From the NCBI GenBank assembly GCA_035512495.1, contig DATKDW010000039.1, positions 10,753 through 74,752 on the forward strand: a stretch of DNA of 64,000 bases. Direction: 5' to 3'. Positions 9,761 to 18,830 of this stretch are shown one piece after another (position 1 is the stretch's first letter; each line of letters begins with the position of its first letter). A program made the translations under genes and the position numbers. A model generated the notes under the pieces. It was given only the letters and a program-made list of their open reading frames with translations. It was not told the origin of the DNA and searched no databases. The DNA is from Acidimicrobiales bacterium. Lineage in GTDB: Bacteria > Actinomycetota > Acidimicrobiia > Acidimicrobiales > CADCSY01.

Positions 9761-10510
9761 ATGCCCACGCCCGCATCGTTCCAGTCGACCTTCGCGTCGG
9801 TCGCCGACGTGGAGGGCTGGATGAGCGAGGGCCAGGCACGACTGCTCTGGGACCGGGCGTCGGCCCTCGGCGACGGCGACCTCGTGGTCGAGATCGGCAG
9901 CTACCACGGACGCTCGGCGATCGTGCTCGCCACCGCCGCCCCCGCGGGCGCCGAGGTGGTGGCGATCGATCCTCACGCAGGCAACGACCGCGGTCCTCAG
10001 CAGATCGTCGGGCCCGCCGAGGAGGGCCAGCGCGACCATGAGACCTACCTCGCCAACCTCCGGCGAGCGGGCGTTGCCGACCGGGTGCGCCACGTCCGGC
10101 TCCCCTCCCAGGAGGCCGGTGGGTCGGTCGACCGTCCGATCCAGCTTCTCTACATCGACGGTGCGCACCGCTTCGCACCGGCCAGGGCCGACATCGTCGA
10201 CTGGGGGAACCGGGTGGCCGAGGGTGGCACCCTGCTCATCCACGACTCGTTCTCCTCGGTGGGGGTCACCCTCGCCATCGCCACGACGCTGCTCGCCGGC
10301 GGTCGCTTCCGCTACGTCGACCGGTCACGGTCGATGGCCGAGTACCGGCGGGAGGACCTGTCACCGACGGGGCGGGCGACCAACGCGCTTCGTCAGGTGG
10401 CCCAGGTGCCGTGGTTCGCCCGCAACGTCGCCATCAAGGTGCTGATCGTCGCCCGGCTGGGGCGCCTCACCCGGCTGCTCGGTCACCGCGACCCCACCTG
10501 GCCGTACTGA
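9761..10510 (+). CDS. Class I SAM-dependent methyltransferase (Methyltransf_24/O-MT-like)
   Basis: VVEIGSYHGRSAIVLA glycine-rich SAM loop, LLYIDGAH and GGTLLIHD motifs. Divergent from the GT4 gene. Confidence 0.8.
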   Translation: MPTPASFQSTFASVADVEGWMSEGQARLLWDRASALGDGDLVVEIGSYHGRSAIVLATAAPAGAEVVAIDPHAGNDRGPQQIVGPAEEGQRDHETYLANLRRAGVADRVRHVRLPSQEAGGSVDRPIQLLYIDGAHRFAPARADIVDWGNRVAEGGTLLIHDSFSSVGVTLAIATTLLAGGRFRYVDRSRSMAEYRREDLSPTGRATNALRQVAQVPWFARNVAIKVLIVARLGRLTRLLGHRDPTWPY

Positions 10511-11260
10511 TCAGCCGAGAGGCCGGCTGCTGCGGGGGGCGGATCCCCGGCGGAGGACCCGGTCGCGGACGCCCCACCAGGTCATGAGCACCATCTCCTC
10601 GGCGATGATCCGCATCGACATCTTCGACTTCCCCCGCAGGCGGTCGGTGAAGGCGATGGGGACCTCGGTGATCCCCGCACCCAGTCGCGACATCCGGTAG
10701 GTGATCTCGAGCTGGATGCCGTAGCCGCGGGCGCGGGTGGCCGGGAGGTCGATCGCCTGGAGCGCCGTCGCCCGGTAGGCGCGGAACCCGGCGCTCGAGT
10801 CGGCCACCCCGGTGCGCATCGTGAACCCGGCGTAGCGGTTGCCGTAGCGCGAGAGGGCCTCGCGGTGCCACGGCCAGTCCGGGACGGACCCACCGGGGAC
10901 GTAGCGGGAGCCGATGACGACGTCGGCCCCGGCGTGGACCGCCTCGAGGAGCCGTGGGAGGACCGCCGGGTCGTGGGACAGGTCGGCGTCCATCTGCACG
11001 AGGATGTCGTAGCCCCGCTCGAGGCCGAGCCCGAGCCCGGCGCGGTAGGCGGGGCCGAGGCCGTCCTTCGAGGGCCGGTGGAGCACGTCGATGCCGCCGA
11101 GCGCGGCGGCAGCCGCCTCCGCCAGCGCGCCGGTGCCGTCGGGGCTGCTGTCGTCGACGACGAGGATGTCGACGTCTGGCAACACCTCGCGCACCCGGTG
11201 GAGCACCTCGGTGATGTTCAACGCTTCGAGGTAGGTGGGGATCACCACCAGGGTTCGCAT
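10511..11260 (-). CDS. Polyprenol-phosphate mannose synthase (Ppm1/Dpm1-like GT2)
   Basis: MRTLVVIPTYLEALNI..., VVDDSSPDGT, QMDADLSHDP, GSRYVPGG and FRAYR motifs are typical of Dpm1/Ppm1. ATG 11260. The longer track ORF extension is shadow overlapping the upstream gene. Confidence 0.9.
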   Translation of the reverse strand: MRTLVVIPTYLEALNITEVLHRVREVLPDVDILVVDDSSPDGTGALAEAAAAALGGIDVLHRPSKDGLGPAYRAGLGLGLERGYDILVQMDADLSHDPAVLPRLLEAVHAGADVVIGSRYVPGGSVPDWPWHREALSRYGNRYAGFTMRTGVADSSAGFRAYRATALQAIDLPATRARGYGIQLEITYRMSRLGAGITEVPIAFTDRLRGKSKMSMRIIAEEMVLMTWWGVRDRVLRRGSAPRSSRPLG

Positions 11261-11270
11261 CGGGGCGACA

Positions 11271-12998
11271 CTAACGGCAGCGTTCCAAGAGCTCGTAGAG
11301 GTCCGCGTACACCGCCACCGTGCAGAACTGGTCGTGGAGCACGCGGTTGGGCTCGTCCGACCCCGGGATGCGGGCGTCGTTCGGCTCGTCCCAGTCGTCC
11401 CAGACCCTGGTGAGCACCACGACGTCGGCTGAGGCGAGGTCGTCGGCGAGCCCGGACCCAGGGGCGTTGGCGACCCCCGGATCGAGCTCGACGTAGTAGG
11501 TGGCAACCTCGAGCTGGGGGAGGAGGTAGTAGATGAAGGCGTCGTTGTAGGGCGTGAAGCGGAGGTCGGACGTCCCGACGAATAGACGGTCCCCCGGCTC
11601 GGTGATGCGCTCGACCTCGGCGAGCAGCGGCGGGAGTGCCCGGGCCACGTCGGGGCGGCCGTAGTAGAAGGTCCGGCCCTCGTGGGTGATGGGGAAGGAG
11701 AGGCGGTGGATGCCGAACGTCTGGGCCACGGCATCGCTGTAGGACCGGGCGGTGAAGGCGGGCAGGAGCAGCACCACGGCGACCAGCACGGCGCCGCCGG
11801 CGAGGGCGCCTTGCCGGCGAGGAGCGAGTGAGGGTCGGAGGCGTCGCAGCAGCTCCACGCCGGCGATCGGGAGGAAGGCCATCGGCACACAGCTGACCCA
11901 CGCCAGGTGGGTCGAGTCGGCGCGCTGCACCGCCTGGGGGAGCATGCCGAGGCTGAAGGCCGCCACCGCGAGCAGGGCGATCGCCCGGGGGCTGCCGGGG
12001 CGGCGCCGCACGAGCAGGGCCCCGGCAGCGAGGAGCGCGATCACGGAGAGGGGCAGGAGGAAGAACCACAGCGTGATCTGCATCGGTGTGGGGGGCATCG
12101 GCAGGGGCCAGCCGAAGGGCTCCATGTCGCCTGCTCGCTGGAGGAAGCCCTGGAGCTCCCGGGGCGAGGGGGGGATGGGGAGTGCCCGTCCCCCGCGCAG
12201 GTGGAACACCGGGTCGATGATCATGCCGCGGACGGCGTTGCCCGGTCCGGCCATGGCAAGGTGCACGAGGTAGGGCGAGACTCCGGCGGCGCCGCCGATG
12301 AGCACTCGACGCACGAGGCGTGGCCTCATCCCCCACAGGATGACGGCGCCCCCCAGCGCCAGGGCGACGATCAGGTCGGGGCGGTAGAGGAGGCTCGCGC
12401 CCGCCAGCAGCCCCGCACCGACGGCCGCCCGTCCCGCCCAACGCTCGTCGGTGGTCACTCGGGCCAGCGACCCCAGGTGGACGGCCCAGAGCCCGAGGGC
12501 GACACCACCCACCCACGCCAGTGCGGTGAGCCCGATCGGCGGGATGATGATCATCGCCGAGATCACGCCGCAGGCGACGGCGACGGTCCGGCCCCACCGG
12601 CGAGCGATGGCGAATACGCCCAGGACGAGGCCGACCTGCTGGGTGAGCCCCACCAGGCGCTCGGCGGTGAGGGAGACACCCACGACCTCGAACACCGCGG
12701 CGAGGACCCAGAGGCTCCCCGGCCCGTAGAGGTGGAGGAAGTCCCGGTTGGGGACCTTCCCGTTCATCACCATCTCGGCGAAGACCAACATGAACCCCTC
12801 CTCCATCGGGGGACCCTGGTTCCGCAGGAGACCGTGGAGGGGGAGCGCGAAGGTGACGAGCAGGACGCCGATGGCGAGGGCGGTGCGCTGGGCCGGGCTC
12901 ATCCTGTCGAGGAGGTGGCGCCGGTGGCCGTCCGCTCCTCCTCTGGCTCCCCCGGGAGCGGTCGGGCGCGCCTCGCCGATGGTGCTCTGGGAGGCCAT
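11271..12998 (-). CDS. Polytopic membrane protein, GT-C-like glycosyltransferase candidate (family unassigned)
   Basis: 575 aa with many hydrophobic helices, an acidic first-loop segment (PPMEEGFMLVFAEMVMNGKVPNRDFLHLYGPG) and a soluble C-terminal domain of about 150 aa. It sits 10 bp upstream of Ppm1. Confidence 0.75.
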   Translation of the reverse strand: MASQSTIGEARPTAPGGARGGADGHRRHLLDRMSPAQRTALAIGVLLVTFALPLHGLLRNQGPPMEEGFMLVFAEMVMNGKVPNRDFLHLYGPGSLWVLAAVFEVVGVSLTAERLVGLTQQVGLVLGVFAIARRWGRTVAVACGVISAMIIIPPIGLTALAWVGGVALGLWAVHLGSLARVTTDERWAGRAAVGAGLLAGASLLYRPDLIVALALGGAVILWGMRPRLVRRVLIGGAAGVSPYLVHLAMAGPGNAVRGMIIDPVFHLRGGRALPIPPSPRELQGFLQRAGDMEPFGWPLPMPPTPMQITLWFFLLPLSVIALLAAGALLVRRRPGSPRAIALLAVAAFSLGMLPQAVQRADSTHLAWVSCVPMAFLPIAGVELLRRLRPSLAPRRQGALAGGAVLVAVVLLLPAFTARSYSDAVAQTFGIHRLSFPITHEGRTFYYGRPDVARALPPLLAEVERITEPGDRLFVGTSDLRFTPYNDAFIYYLLPQLEVATYYVELDPGVANAPGSGLADDLASADVVVLTRVWDDWDEPNDARIPGSDEPNRVLHDQFCTVAVYADLYELLERCR

Positions 12999-13022
12999 GC
13001 GCGGTCAGGGTAGTGGTGAGAG

Positions 13023-13358
13023 GTGGTGCGGGAACCGCCGCTAGTGTCGATCAACATGCTCCGGTTCGAGCGCCAGGTGGTGGCGTCGCTCATCGAGACC
13101 GATGACCGGGCACAGCGGGCGGCGATCGAGGACTACGTCGACGCGACCCTCAGTGACATGCCGGAGCACCTGCGTGCCGGAGTCGTCGCCGAGTCTCTCG
13201 CGCTCGCCGCTTGGGCCTTCGTGCGCCGGGCGTCGGCCGCCGAGGTGCTCTCCTCACTGCAGCGCAGCCCCGTCGGCCTCCTCCGCCAGTACGAGCGCCT
13301 CCTCGCCGGGCTGGTCCTCTTCGCCGAGCAGGAGCTGGTGGCGGGGCCCGCCACGTGA
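13023..13358 (+). CDS. Small hypothetical protein, first gene of the coupled operon
   Basis: Track ORF with GTG 13023 (alternative ATG 13056, MLRFERQVV...). Its stop overlaps the GMC oxidoreductase start (GTGA). No family recognised. Confidence 0.45.
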   Translation: MVREPPLVSINMLRFERQVVASLIETDDRAQRAAIEDYVDATLSDMPEHLRAGVVAESLALAAWAFVRRASAAEVLSSLQRSPVGLLRQYERLLAGLVLFAEQELVAGPAT

Positions 13359-14779
13359 CCATCCTCCACACCGAGGTCCTGGTCGTCGGGTCCGGAGCGG
13401 GCGGCGCCACCACGGCCGCCGCGCTGGCGGCGCGGGGTCGCCGGGTCACCGTGGTCGAGGAGGGGCCATGGGTCGAGCCGGATGCCGTCGAACCCTTCTC
13501 CCTGGAGGAGATGGTCGCCAAGTACCGCCACCATGGCCCGTCCGCCGCCCTCGGAGCCCCCCCGATCGCCTTCGCCGAGGGCCGGTGCGTGGGTGGGAGC
13601 ACCGAGATCAACAGCGGTCTGTGGCACCGGCTCCCCGGCGAGCTGGCCGAGGAGTGGCGCCACACCTACCGGATCGACGGCTTCACGGCCGAGGTGCTCG
13701 ACCGCCACGCCGAGCAGGTGGAGCGTGCCCAGTCGGTGCAGAAGGTTCCGGCCGACGCGCCCCTGTCGTCGATGCTGCTCGAGCGCGGTGCCACCGCACT
13801 CGGCTGGCGGTCGGTCGAGTTCCCCCGGGTCTTCCGCTACGACACCGCCGGGCGGGGCACGAAGCAGACCATGGCGCGCACGCTGATCCCCCAGGCCGTC
13901 GCCGACGGGGCCGAGGTGGTGCCCGAGACCAAGGTGCTGCGCCTCGAGCGTTCGGGGGACCGCGTGACGGGTGCCCGCTGCCAGCGACGGCGCACGGACG
14001 GCACGATCGAGGACCTCACCATCCGGGCGGAGCACGTCTTCGTCTGCGGGGGCGCCATTCAGTCGCCCGCCCTCCTGCAGCGCAGTGGCATCCGGGCCAA
14101 CATCGGCAGGGGCCTCAAGCTGCACCCCACCATCAAGGTCGCCGCCCGGTTCCCGCACACCGTCGACCACGACGACGTTCCGATGCACCGGATCACCGAG
14201 TTCGCTCCGAACCTCACCATCGGGGGCTCCGCCAGCAGGCGCGGCCACGTGGCCCTTGCCCTCGCCGACTCGACCGCCGACACCGCTGACGCCCTCGCCC
14301 ACTGGGAGGACGTCGCCGTCTACTACGCGGCGATCAGGAGCGAAGGTGCAGGCCGAGTGCTTGCCATCCCGGGCCTGAAGGCCCCCCTGGTCACGTATCG
14401 CCTCACCGAGGGTGACGTCAGCCGCCTGGCCCGTGGCCTGGTCCACCTCGGCGAGGTCCTCCTGGCGGCAGGCGCGACCGAGCTCTACCCGTCGGTCACG
14501 GGTGCCGGCGTCGCCCGGCGGCCCGCCGACCTCTTCCCATGGTGGGGAGCCGTGAGCCGCCAGCGCACCAGCCTCATGACGGTGCACCTCACGTCGTCGA
14601 TCCGCATGGGTGAGGACCGCGCCCGGACCGGAGCCGACAGCTACGGGCGGGTGTGGGGCCACCGGAACCTCCGCGTCAACGACGCCTCCCTCGTCCCCGA
14701 CGCTCCCGGGGTCAACCCCCAGGCGGCGATCATGACCATCGCCGCCCGCAACGCCGAGCACTTCCTGGAGCACGGATGA
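13355..14779 (+). CDS. GMC-family FAD-dependent oxidoreductase
   Basis: GTG 13355 gives VTILHTEVLVVGSGAGGATTAAALAARGRRVTVVEEG (FAD Rossmann fold). The C-terminal GMC signature is NLRVNDASLVPDAPGVNPQAAIMTIA. Confidence 0.88.
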   Translation: MTILHTEVLVVGSGAGGATTAAALAARGRRVTVVEEGPWVEPDAVEPFSLEEMVAKYRHHGPSAALGAPPIAFAEGRCVGGSTEINSGLWHRLPGELAEEWRHTYRIDGFTAEVLDRHAEQVERAQSVQKVPADAPLSSMLLERGATALGWRSVEFPRVFRYDTAGRGTKQTMARTLIPQAVADGAEVVPETKVLRLERSGDRVTGARCQRRRTDGTIEDLTIRAEHVFVCGGAIQSPALLQRSGIRANIGRGLKLHPTIKVAARFPHTVDHDDVPMHRITEFAPNLTIGGSASRRGHVALALADSTADTADALAHWEDVAVYYAAIRSEGAGRVLAIPGLKAPLVTYRLTEGDVSRLARGLVHLGEVLLAAGATELYPSVTGAGVARRPADLFPWWGAVSRQRTSLMTVHLTSSIRMGEDRARTGADSYGRVWGHRNLRVNDASLVPDAPGVNPQAAIMTIAARNAEHFLEHG

Positions 14780-15825
14780 CCGACACCGAGTCCCGCCCCG
14801 ACGAGATCGCCCCTCGGGAGGTGGTCGTCACCGGTGCTTCCGGCTGGCTCGGCACCAACCTGGTGCGGGCGCTCGCCACCGATCGTGCGCGCGTCCGCTG
14901 CCTGGTGCACCGACCGGAGGAGGTCGCCCTCCTCGAGGTGGTCGGGCCAACCGTCGAGGTCGTTGCCGGCGACCTGCGCGACCCCGACGCGGTCGATCGC
15001 CTCTTCGAAGGCATGGGAGGGGCGACGGTGTTCCACTGTGGATCCGTCATCCACCCGAGGTCGCTCGTGAGAGAGCTCTTCGACGTGAACGTGGGCGGAA
15101 CGCAGCTCGTGCTCGACCGAGCGCGGCGCGCCGGCACGGGCCGCTTCGTCCACGTGTCGTCGAACTCGCCCTTCGGCGCCAACGACCGCCCCACCGACCG
15201 CTTCACCGAGGATTCGCCGTTCAACCCCTACCTCGCCTATGGGCAGTCGAAGCTCGAGGCCGAGCAGCTGGTGCAGCGCAGCCACGATCGCGGTGACGTG
15301 ACGACGGTGATCCTCAGACCGCCGTGGTTCTACGGCCCGCACCAGCCGGCGCGGCAGTCACGGTTCTTCGCCGCCGTCCGTCGCGGGCGGTTCCCCATCA
15401 TCGGCGACGGCACCCAGCAACGCTCGATGGTGTACGTCGGCAACCTCGTCGACGGCATGCAGCGGGCCGAAGTGGCAGCCGGCGCGCCGGGCCAGGCCTA
15501 CTGGATCGCCGACGCCGAACCGTACGAGCTGAACACGATCATCGACACCGTGCGCACCGCGCTCATGGCCGAGGGTCTGGCGGTGTCCGGCCGGGGGGTG
15601 CGCGTGCCGCGGATGGTGGGTGAGGTGGCGGCCACGATCGACCGGCTACTCCAGGAGCGGGGCCGCTACGTGCAGGCGGTGCACGTGCTCGGTGAGCTGA
15701 AGGACACCATCGCCTGCGACATCTCCCGAGCCCGGGCCGAGCTCTGCTACGAGCCGTCTGTGGCCCTCCTCGAGGGGATGCGCACGAGCATCCGCTGGTG
15801 CATCGAGCACGGGCACGCCCTCTGA
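14776..15825 (+). CDS. NAD-dependent epimerase/dehydratase (extended SDR)
   Basis: ATG 14776 overlaps the GMC stop (ATGA). VVVTGASGWLGTNLVRAL glycine motif and YGQSK catalytic YxxxK. Confidence 0.88.
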   Translation: MTDTESRPDEIAPREVVVTGASGWLGTNLVRALATDRARVRCLVHRPEEVALLEVVGPTVEVVAGDLRDPDAVDRLFEGMGGATVFHCGSVIHPRSLVRELFDVNVGGTQLVLDRARRAGTGRFVHVSSNSPFGANDRPTDRFTEDSPFNPYLAYGQSKLEAEQLVQRSHDRGDVTTVILRPPWFYGPHQPARQSRFFAAVRRGRFPIIGDGTQQRSMVYVGNLVDGMQRAEVAAGAPGQAYWIADAEPYELNTIIDTVRTALMAEGLAVSGRGVRVPRMVGEVAATIDRLLQERGRYVQAVHVLGELKDTIACDISRARAELCYEPSVALLEGMRTSIRWCIEHGHAL

Positions 15826-16856
15826 TGGCCCGAACCACGCTCATCACCGGCGGCACGGGGTACTTCGGCACCCTCCTCGCCGAAGCCGCCCTCGCCCGCG
15901 GCGACGCGGTCCGGACCTTCGACATCAACCCGCCAGCCTCGGCAATCGCCGGTGTCGACCACGTCACCGGCGACGTGCGTGACCGTGACGCCCTCCGGGC
16001 GGCGGTGGAGGGCGTCGACGTCGTCCTCCACAACGTCGCCCAGGTGCCGCTGGCCAGAGACCGCGAGCTGTTCTGGTCGGTCAACGTCGTCGGGACCGCC
16101 AACGTCCTCCTCGCCGCTCGCCAGGCGCGGGTGGCAAAGGTGGTCCACACGTCGTCGAGCGCCGTGTACGGGATCCCCGAGCGGAACCCGGTCGACGAGA
16201 CGACGCCACCGCGCCCGCTCGAGGCCTACGGGCGGGCCAAGCTCGAGGCCGAGGCGCTGTGCCGGGACGCCGTGGCGGCCGGCCAGGACGTAACGGTGAT
16301 CCGACCCCGGACCATCCTTGGCCACGGCCGGCTCGGCATCATGGCGATCCTCTTCGAGCTCGTCGCCGAGGGCGCCCCCGTCTTCGTCTTCGGTCGGGGC
16401 GACAACCGCTATCAGCTCGTCCACGCCAACGACCTCGCCGAAGCGTGCCTCCTCGCAGGGGAGCGGGCCGGACCGGCCACCTACAACATCGGCGCGACGG
16501 AGTTCGGCACCATGCGCGAGACGCTCCAGGCGCTCTGCGACCACGCCGGCACCGGCTCGCGAGTGCGCTCCCTCCCGGTCGGGCCCGCCCGAAGAGCCAT
16601 GCGCGCCCTCAGCGGCGCCAAGCTGGTGCCGTTCGCCCCGTACCACTGGCTGCTCTACGGCGAGTCGCTCTGGTTCGACACGTCCCGGGCCCGGACCGAG
16701 CTCGGGTGGGAACCCTCGCACTCGAACGCATCGATGGTGGTGGAGTCCTACGAGTGGTTCCTGGCCCACCGTCAGGAGCTGGCCGGTGCTACGGGGTCGC
16801 ACCACCAGTCACCGGTCCGCCTCGGCGTGCTCGAGCTGCTCAAGCACCTCCCGTAG
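15825..16856 (+). CDS. NAD-dependent epimerase/dehydratase (extended SDR), second copy
   Basis: ATG 15825 shares one nt with the preceding TGA. LITGGTGYFGTLLA glycine motif and YGRAK YxxxK. Confidence 0.88.
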   Translation: MARTTLITGGTGYFGTLLAEAALARGDAVRTFDINPPASAIAGVDHVTGDVRDRDALRAAVEGVDVVLHNVAQVPLARDRELFWSVNVVGTANVLLAARQARVAKVVHTSSSAVYGIPERNPVDETTPPRPLEAYGRAKLEAEALCRDAVAAGQDVTVIRPRTILGHGRLGIMAILFELVAEGAPVFVFGRGDNRYQLVHANDLAEACLLAGERAGPATYNIGATEFGTMRETLQALCDHAGTGSRVRSLPVGPARRAMRALSGAKLVPFAPYHWLLYGESLWFDTSRARTELGWEPSHSNASMVVESYEWFLAHRQELAGATGSHHQSPVRLGVLELLKHLP

Positions 16857-16906
16857 GCCCCGGGGCGTCCCGGGATCGCCGGGGCCCGAAAGTATGCTCG
16901 CCTCCC

Positions 16907-18829
16907 ATGCCCCCTGCCCCTCCGTCCGGCGTCGCGCTCGACGACGCCCCGGACAGCGAGGTGGCCGGCACCCGCCCCCGACCGCGAGGTCGACCGGATG
17001 GCAGGGCGGTGAGGGCACCGCTGGCCGTCATGATGGTGGTGCTGGTGACGCCGCTCGTGGTGGCGGTGATCGCGCTTCGTCGCGCCGAGTGGTACCCGAT
17101 CCTCGACCTGGCGATGACCGAGCTGCGCATCCGCGACGTGGGGACCCGTCACACGCCGCTGATCGGCCTCCCCGGCCGCATCGGGGTGCTCGGCGCCGAG
17201 CAGGGGAGCCACCCCGGCCCGCTCAGCTTCTGGGCCCTCGCCCCCACCTACCGCCTGCTCGGCTCCAGCGCCTGGGCCATGCAGGGCGCCACGGCCGTCC
17301 TCCACGCGACGGCGATGGCCGCAGCGCTCTGGTTGGCGTGGCGGCGCGCCGGGCTCCGCCTGGCGCTGGGGGTCGCCACGGTGCTGGCGATCCTCACCCG
17401 CGCCTACGGGGCCGACACCCTGACCGAGCCATGGAACCCCTACATGCCGCTCCTGTGGTGGGTCGTGCTGATGCTGGTGGCCTGGTCGGTGCTCGACGGC
17501 GACATCGTCGTCCTCCCGCTCGGTGCGCTGGCCGCGAGCATGTGCGTCCAGACGCACACCCCCTACGTCGGGGTGACGGCGGGCATGGTGGGCCTCGCCG
17601 TCATCGGCGTCGCCCTGCTCGGCTGGAAGCGACGTCACGACCACGCCGCCCGCCGCAACGTCGTGACCTGGGTGCTGGTGTCGGTCGCAGTGGGAGCCGC
17701 CCTGTGGATCGCCCCGATCGTCGATCAGGTGGCACGGACGCCGGGGAACATGTCGCTCCTCGTCGACCACTTCGGCTCGCCGCCGGAGGAGTCGGTCGGC
17801 CTGCAGCGGGGAGGGGAGATGGTCCTGCTCCACCTCGACCCGTGGCGACTCGTCACCGAGCAGCAGGCGGCCACGGGCTCACTGGTCGACGCCTCCCAGG
17901 CGCCGCGTGGACCCCTGGTGCCGGGCACCCTCTGCCTGCTGGTCTGGTTCGTAGCGGTCTGGGGTGCGTGGCGCCTCCGCCACCACCTCCTGCTCCGGCT
18001 CCACGCCGTGATCGGCGTGGCGCTGCTCTTCGCCGCGGTCTCGATCAGCCGCATCTTCGGCCAGCTCTGGTACTACCTGATGATCTGGGCCTGGGGGATC
18101 GCTGCGCTGCTCCTCCTGGCCGTGGTCTGGACCGCAGCGGCCGTGGTGCACCGGCGACTCGGACCGCAGCCAGGCGCGCGCGCCGCCAGGGCGGGGGTGG
18201 GCGCGCTGGCGGTCGTCGGCGTCACCTCGGCGCTGGTGTTCTCTGTCGACGCGTGGGCGGTGGACCTCCCCGCACGGCCCCTGTCCGACACCATGGGGCG
18301 CATCGTCCCCGACGTGGTCGACGCCCTCGAGGGTGGCGGGCTCGCGGGCGGTGGGCGCGACGGGCGGTACCTGGTCACGTGGTCCGATGCCCTCTACATC
18401 GGTTCGCAGGGGATCGCGCTGGTCAACGAGCTCGAGCGTGCCGGCTTCGACGTGGGTGCCATCTCGCCGTGGGGCGTGCCGGTGGCGCGGCACCGCGTCC
18501 GGAGCCCCGAGGCAGCCACCGCCGTCGTCCACCTGGCGACCGGTTTCCACGTGGAGCGGTGGCGGGCCAAGTCCGGGGTCGTCGAGGTGGCAGGGATCGA
18601 CCCGCGCAGCCCCGAGGAGCAGGTCGAGTACCAACGCCTGCGGGAGCAGGTGCTGCGCGAGCTCCGGGCCGCCGGGATGTCCGATCGCCTTGTCGACGTC
18701 GACGAGAACCTCTTCGCGGTCGCGATCGACAGCCGCGCGCCGGTCACGGCGCAGGATGCCATGACACGCATGCTCGACCTGGGCCTGCCGACGGCGGTCT
18801 TCGTCGGTCCTGTCGACACAATGGACTGA
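16907..18829 (+). CDS. Polytopic membrane protein with soluble C-terminal domain, GT-C-like (unassigned family), paralogue A
   Basis: ATG 16907, in frame within track ORF 16259..18829 (the upstream part overlaps the SDR gene). Hydrophobic helices throughout the first ~450 aa. Motifs are shared with the next gene (see findings). Confidence 0.75.
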   Translation: MPPAPPSGVALDDAPDSEVAGTRPRPRGRPDGRAVRAPLAVMMVVLVTPLVVAVIALRRAEWYPILDLAMTELRIRDVGTRHTPLIGLPGRIGVLGAEQGSHPGPLSFWALAPTYRLLGSSAWAMQGATAVLHATAMAAALWLAWRRAGLRLALGVATVLAILTRAYGADTLTEPWNPYMPLLWWVVLMLVAWSVLDGDIVVLPLGALAASMCVQTHTPYVGVTAGMVGLAVIGVALLGWKRRHDHAARRNVVTWVLVSVAVGAALWIAPIVDQVARTPGNMSLLVDHFGSPPEESVGLQRGGEMVLLHLDPWRLVTEQQAATGSLVDASQAPRGPLVPGTLCLLVWFVAVWGAWRLRHHLLLRLHAVIGVALLFAAVSISRIFGQLWYYLMIWAWGIAALLLLAVVWTAAAVVHRRLGPQPGARAARAGVGALAVVGVTSALVFSVDAWAVDLPARPLSDTMGRIVPDVVDALEGGGLAGGGRDGRYLVTWSDALYIGSQGIALVNELERAGFDVGAISPWGVPVARHRVRSPEAATAVVHLATGFHVERWRAKSGVVEVAGIDPRSPEEQVEYQRLREQVLRELRAAGMSDRLVDVDENLFAVAIDSRAPVTAQDAMTRMLDLGLPTAVFVGPVDTMD

Positions 18830-18830
18830 C

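Noticed and set aside
16259-16906. N-terminal extensions of track ORFs (16259..18829, 1722..3131, 10511..11890, 40717..42921, 25720..27531, 34290..36347, 29436..30683, 30220..31200, 47623..49395, 53982..55652)
   Set aside because: The extensions overlap the well-supported upstream gene and have shadow composition. Internal ATG/GTG starts that abut or overlap the upstream stop give proteins of the expected family length.
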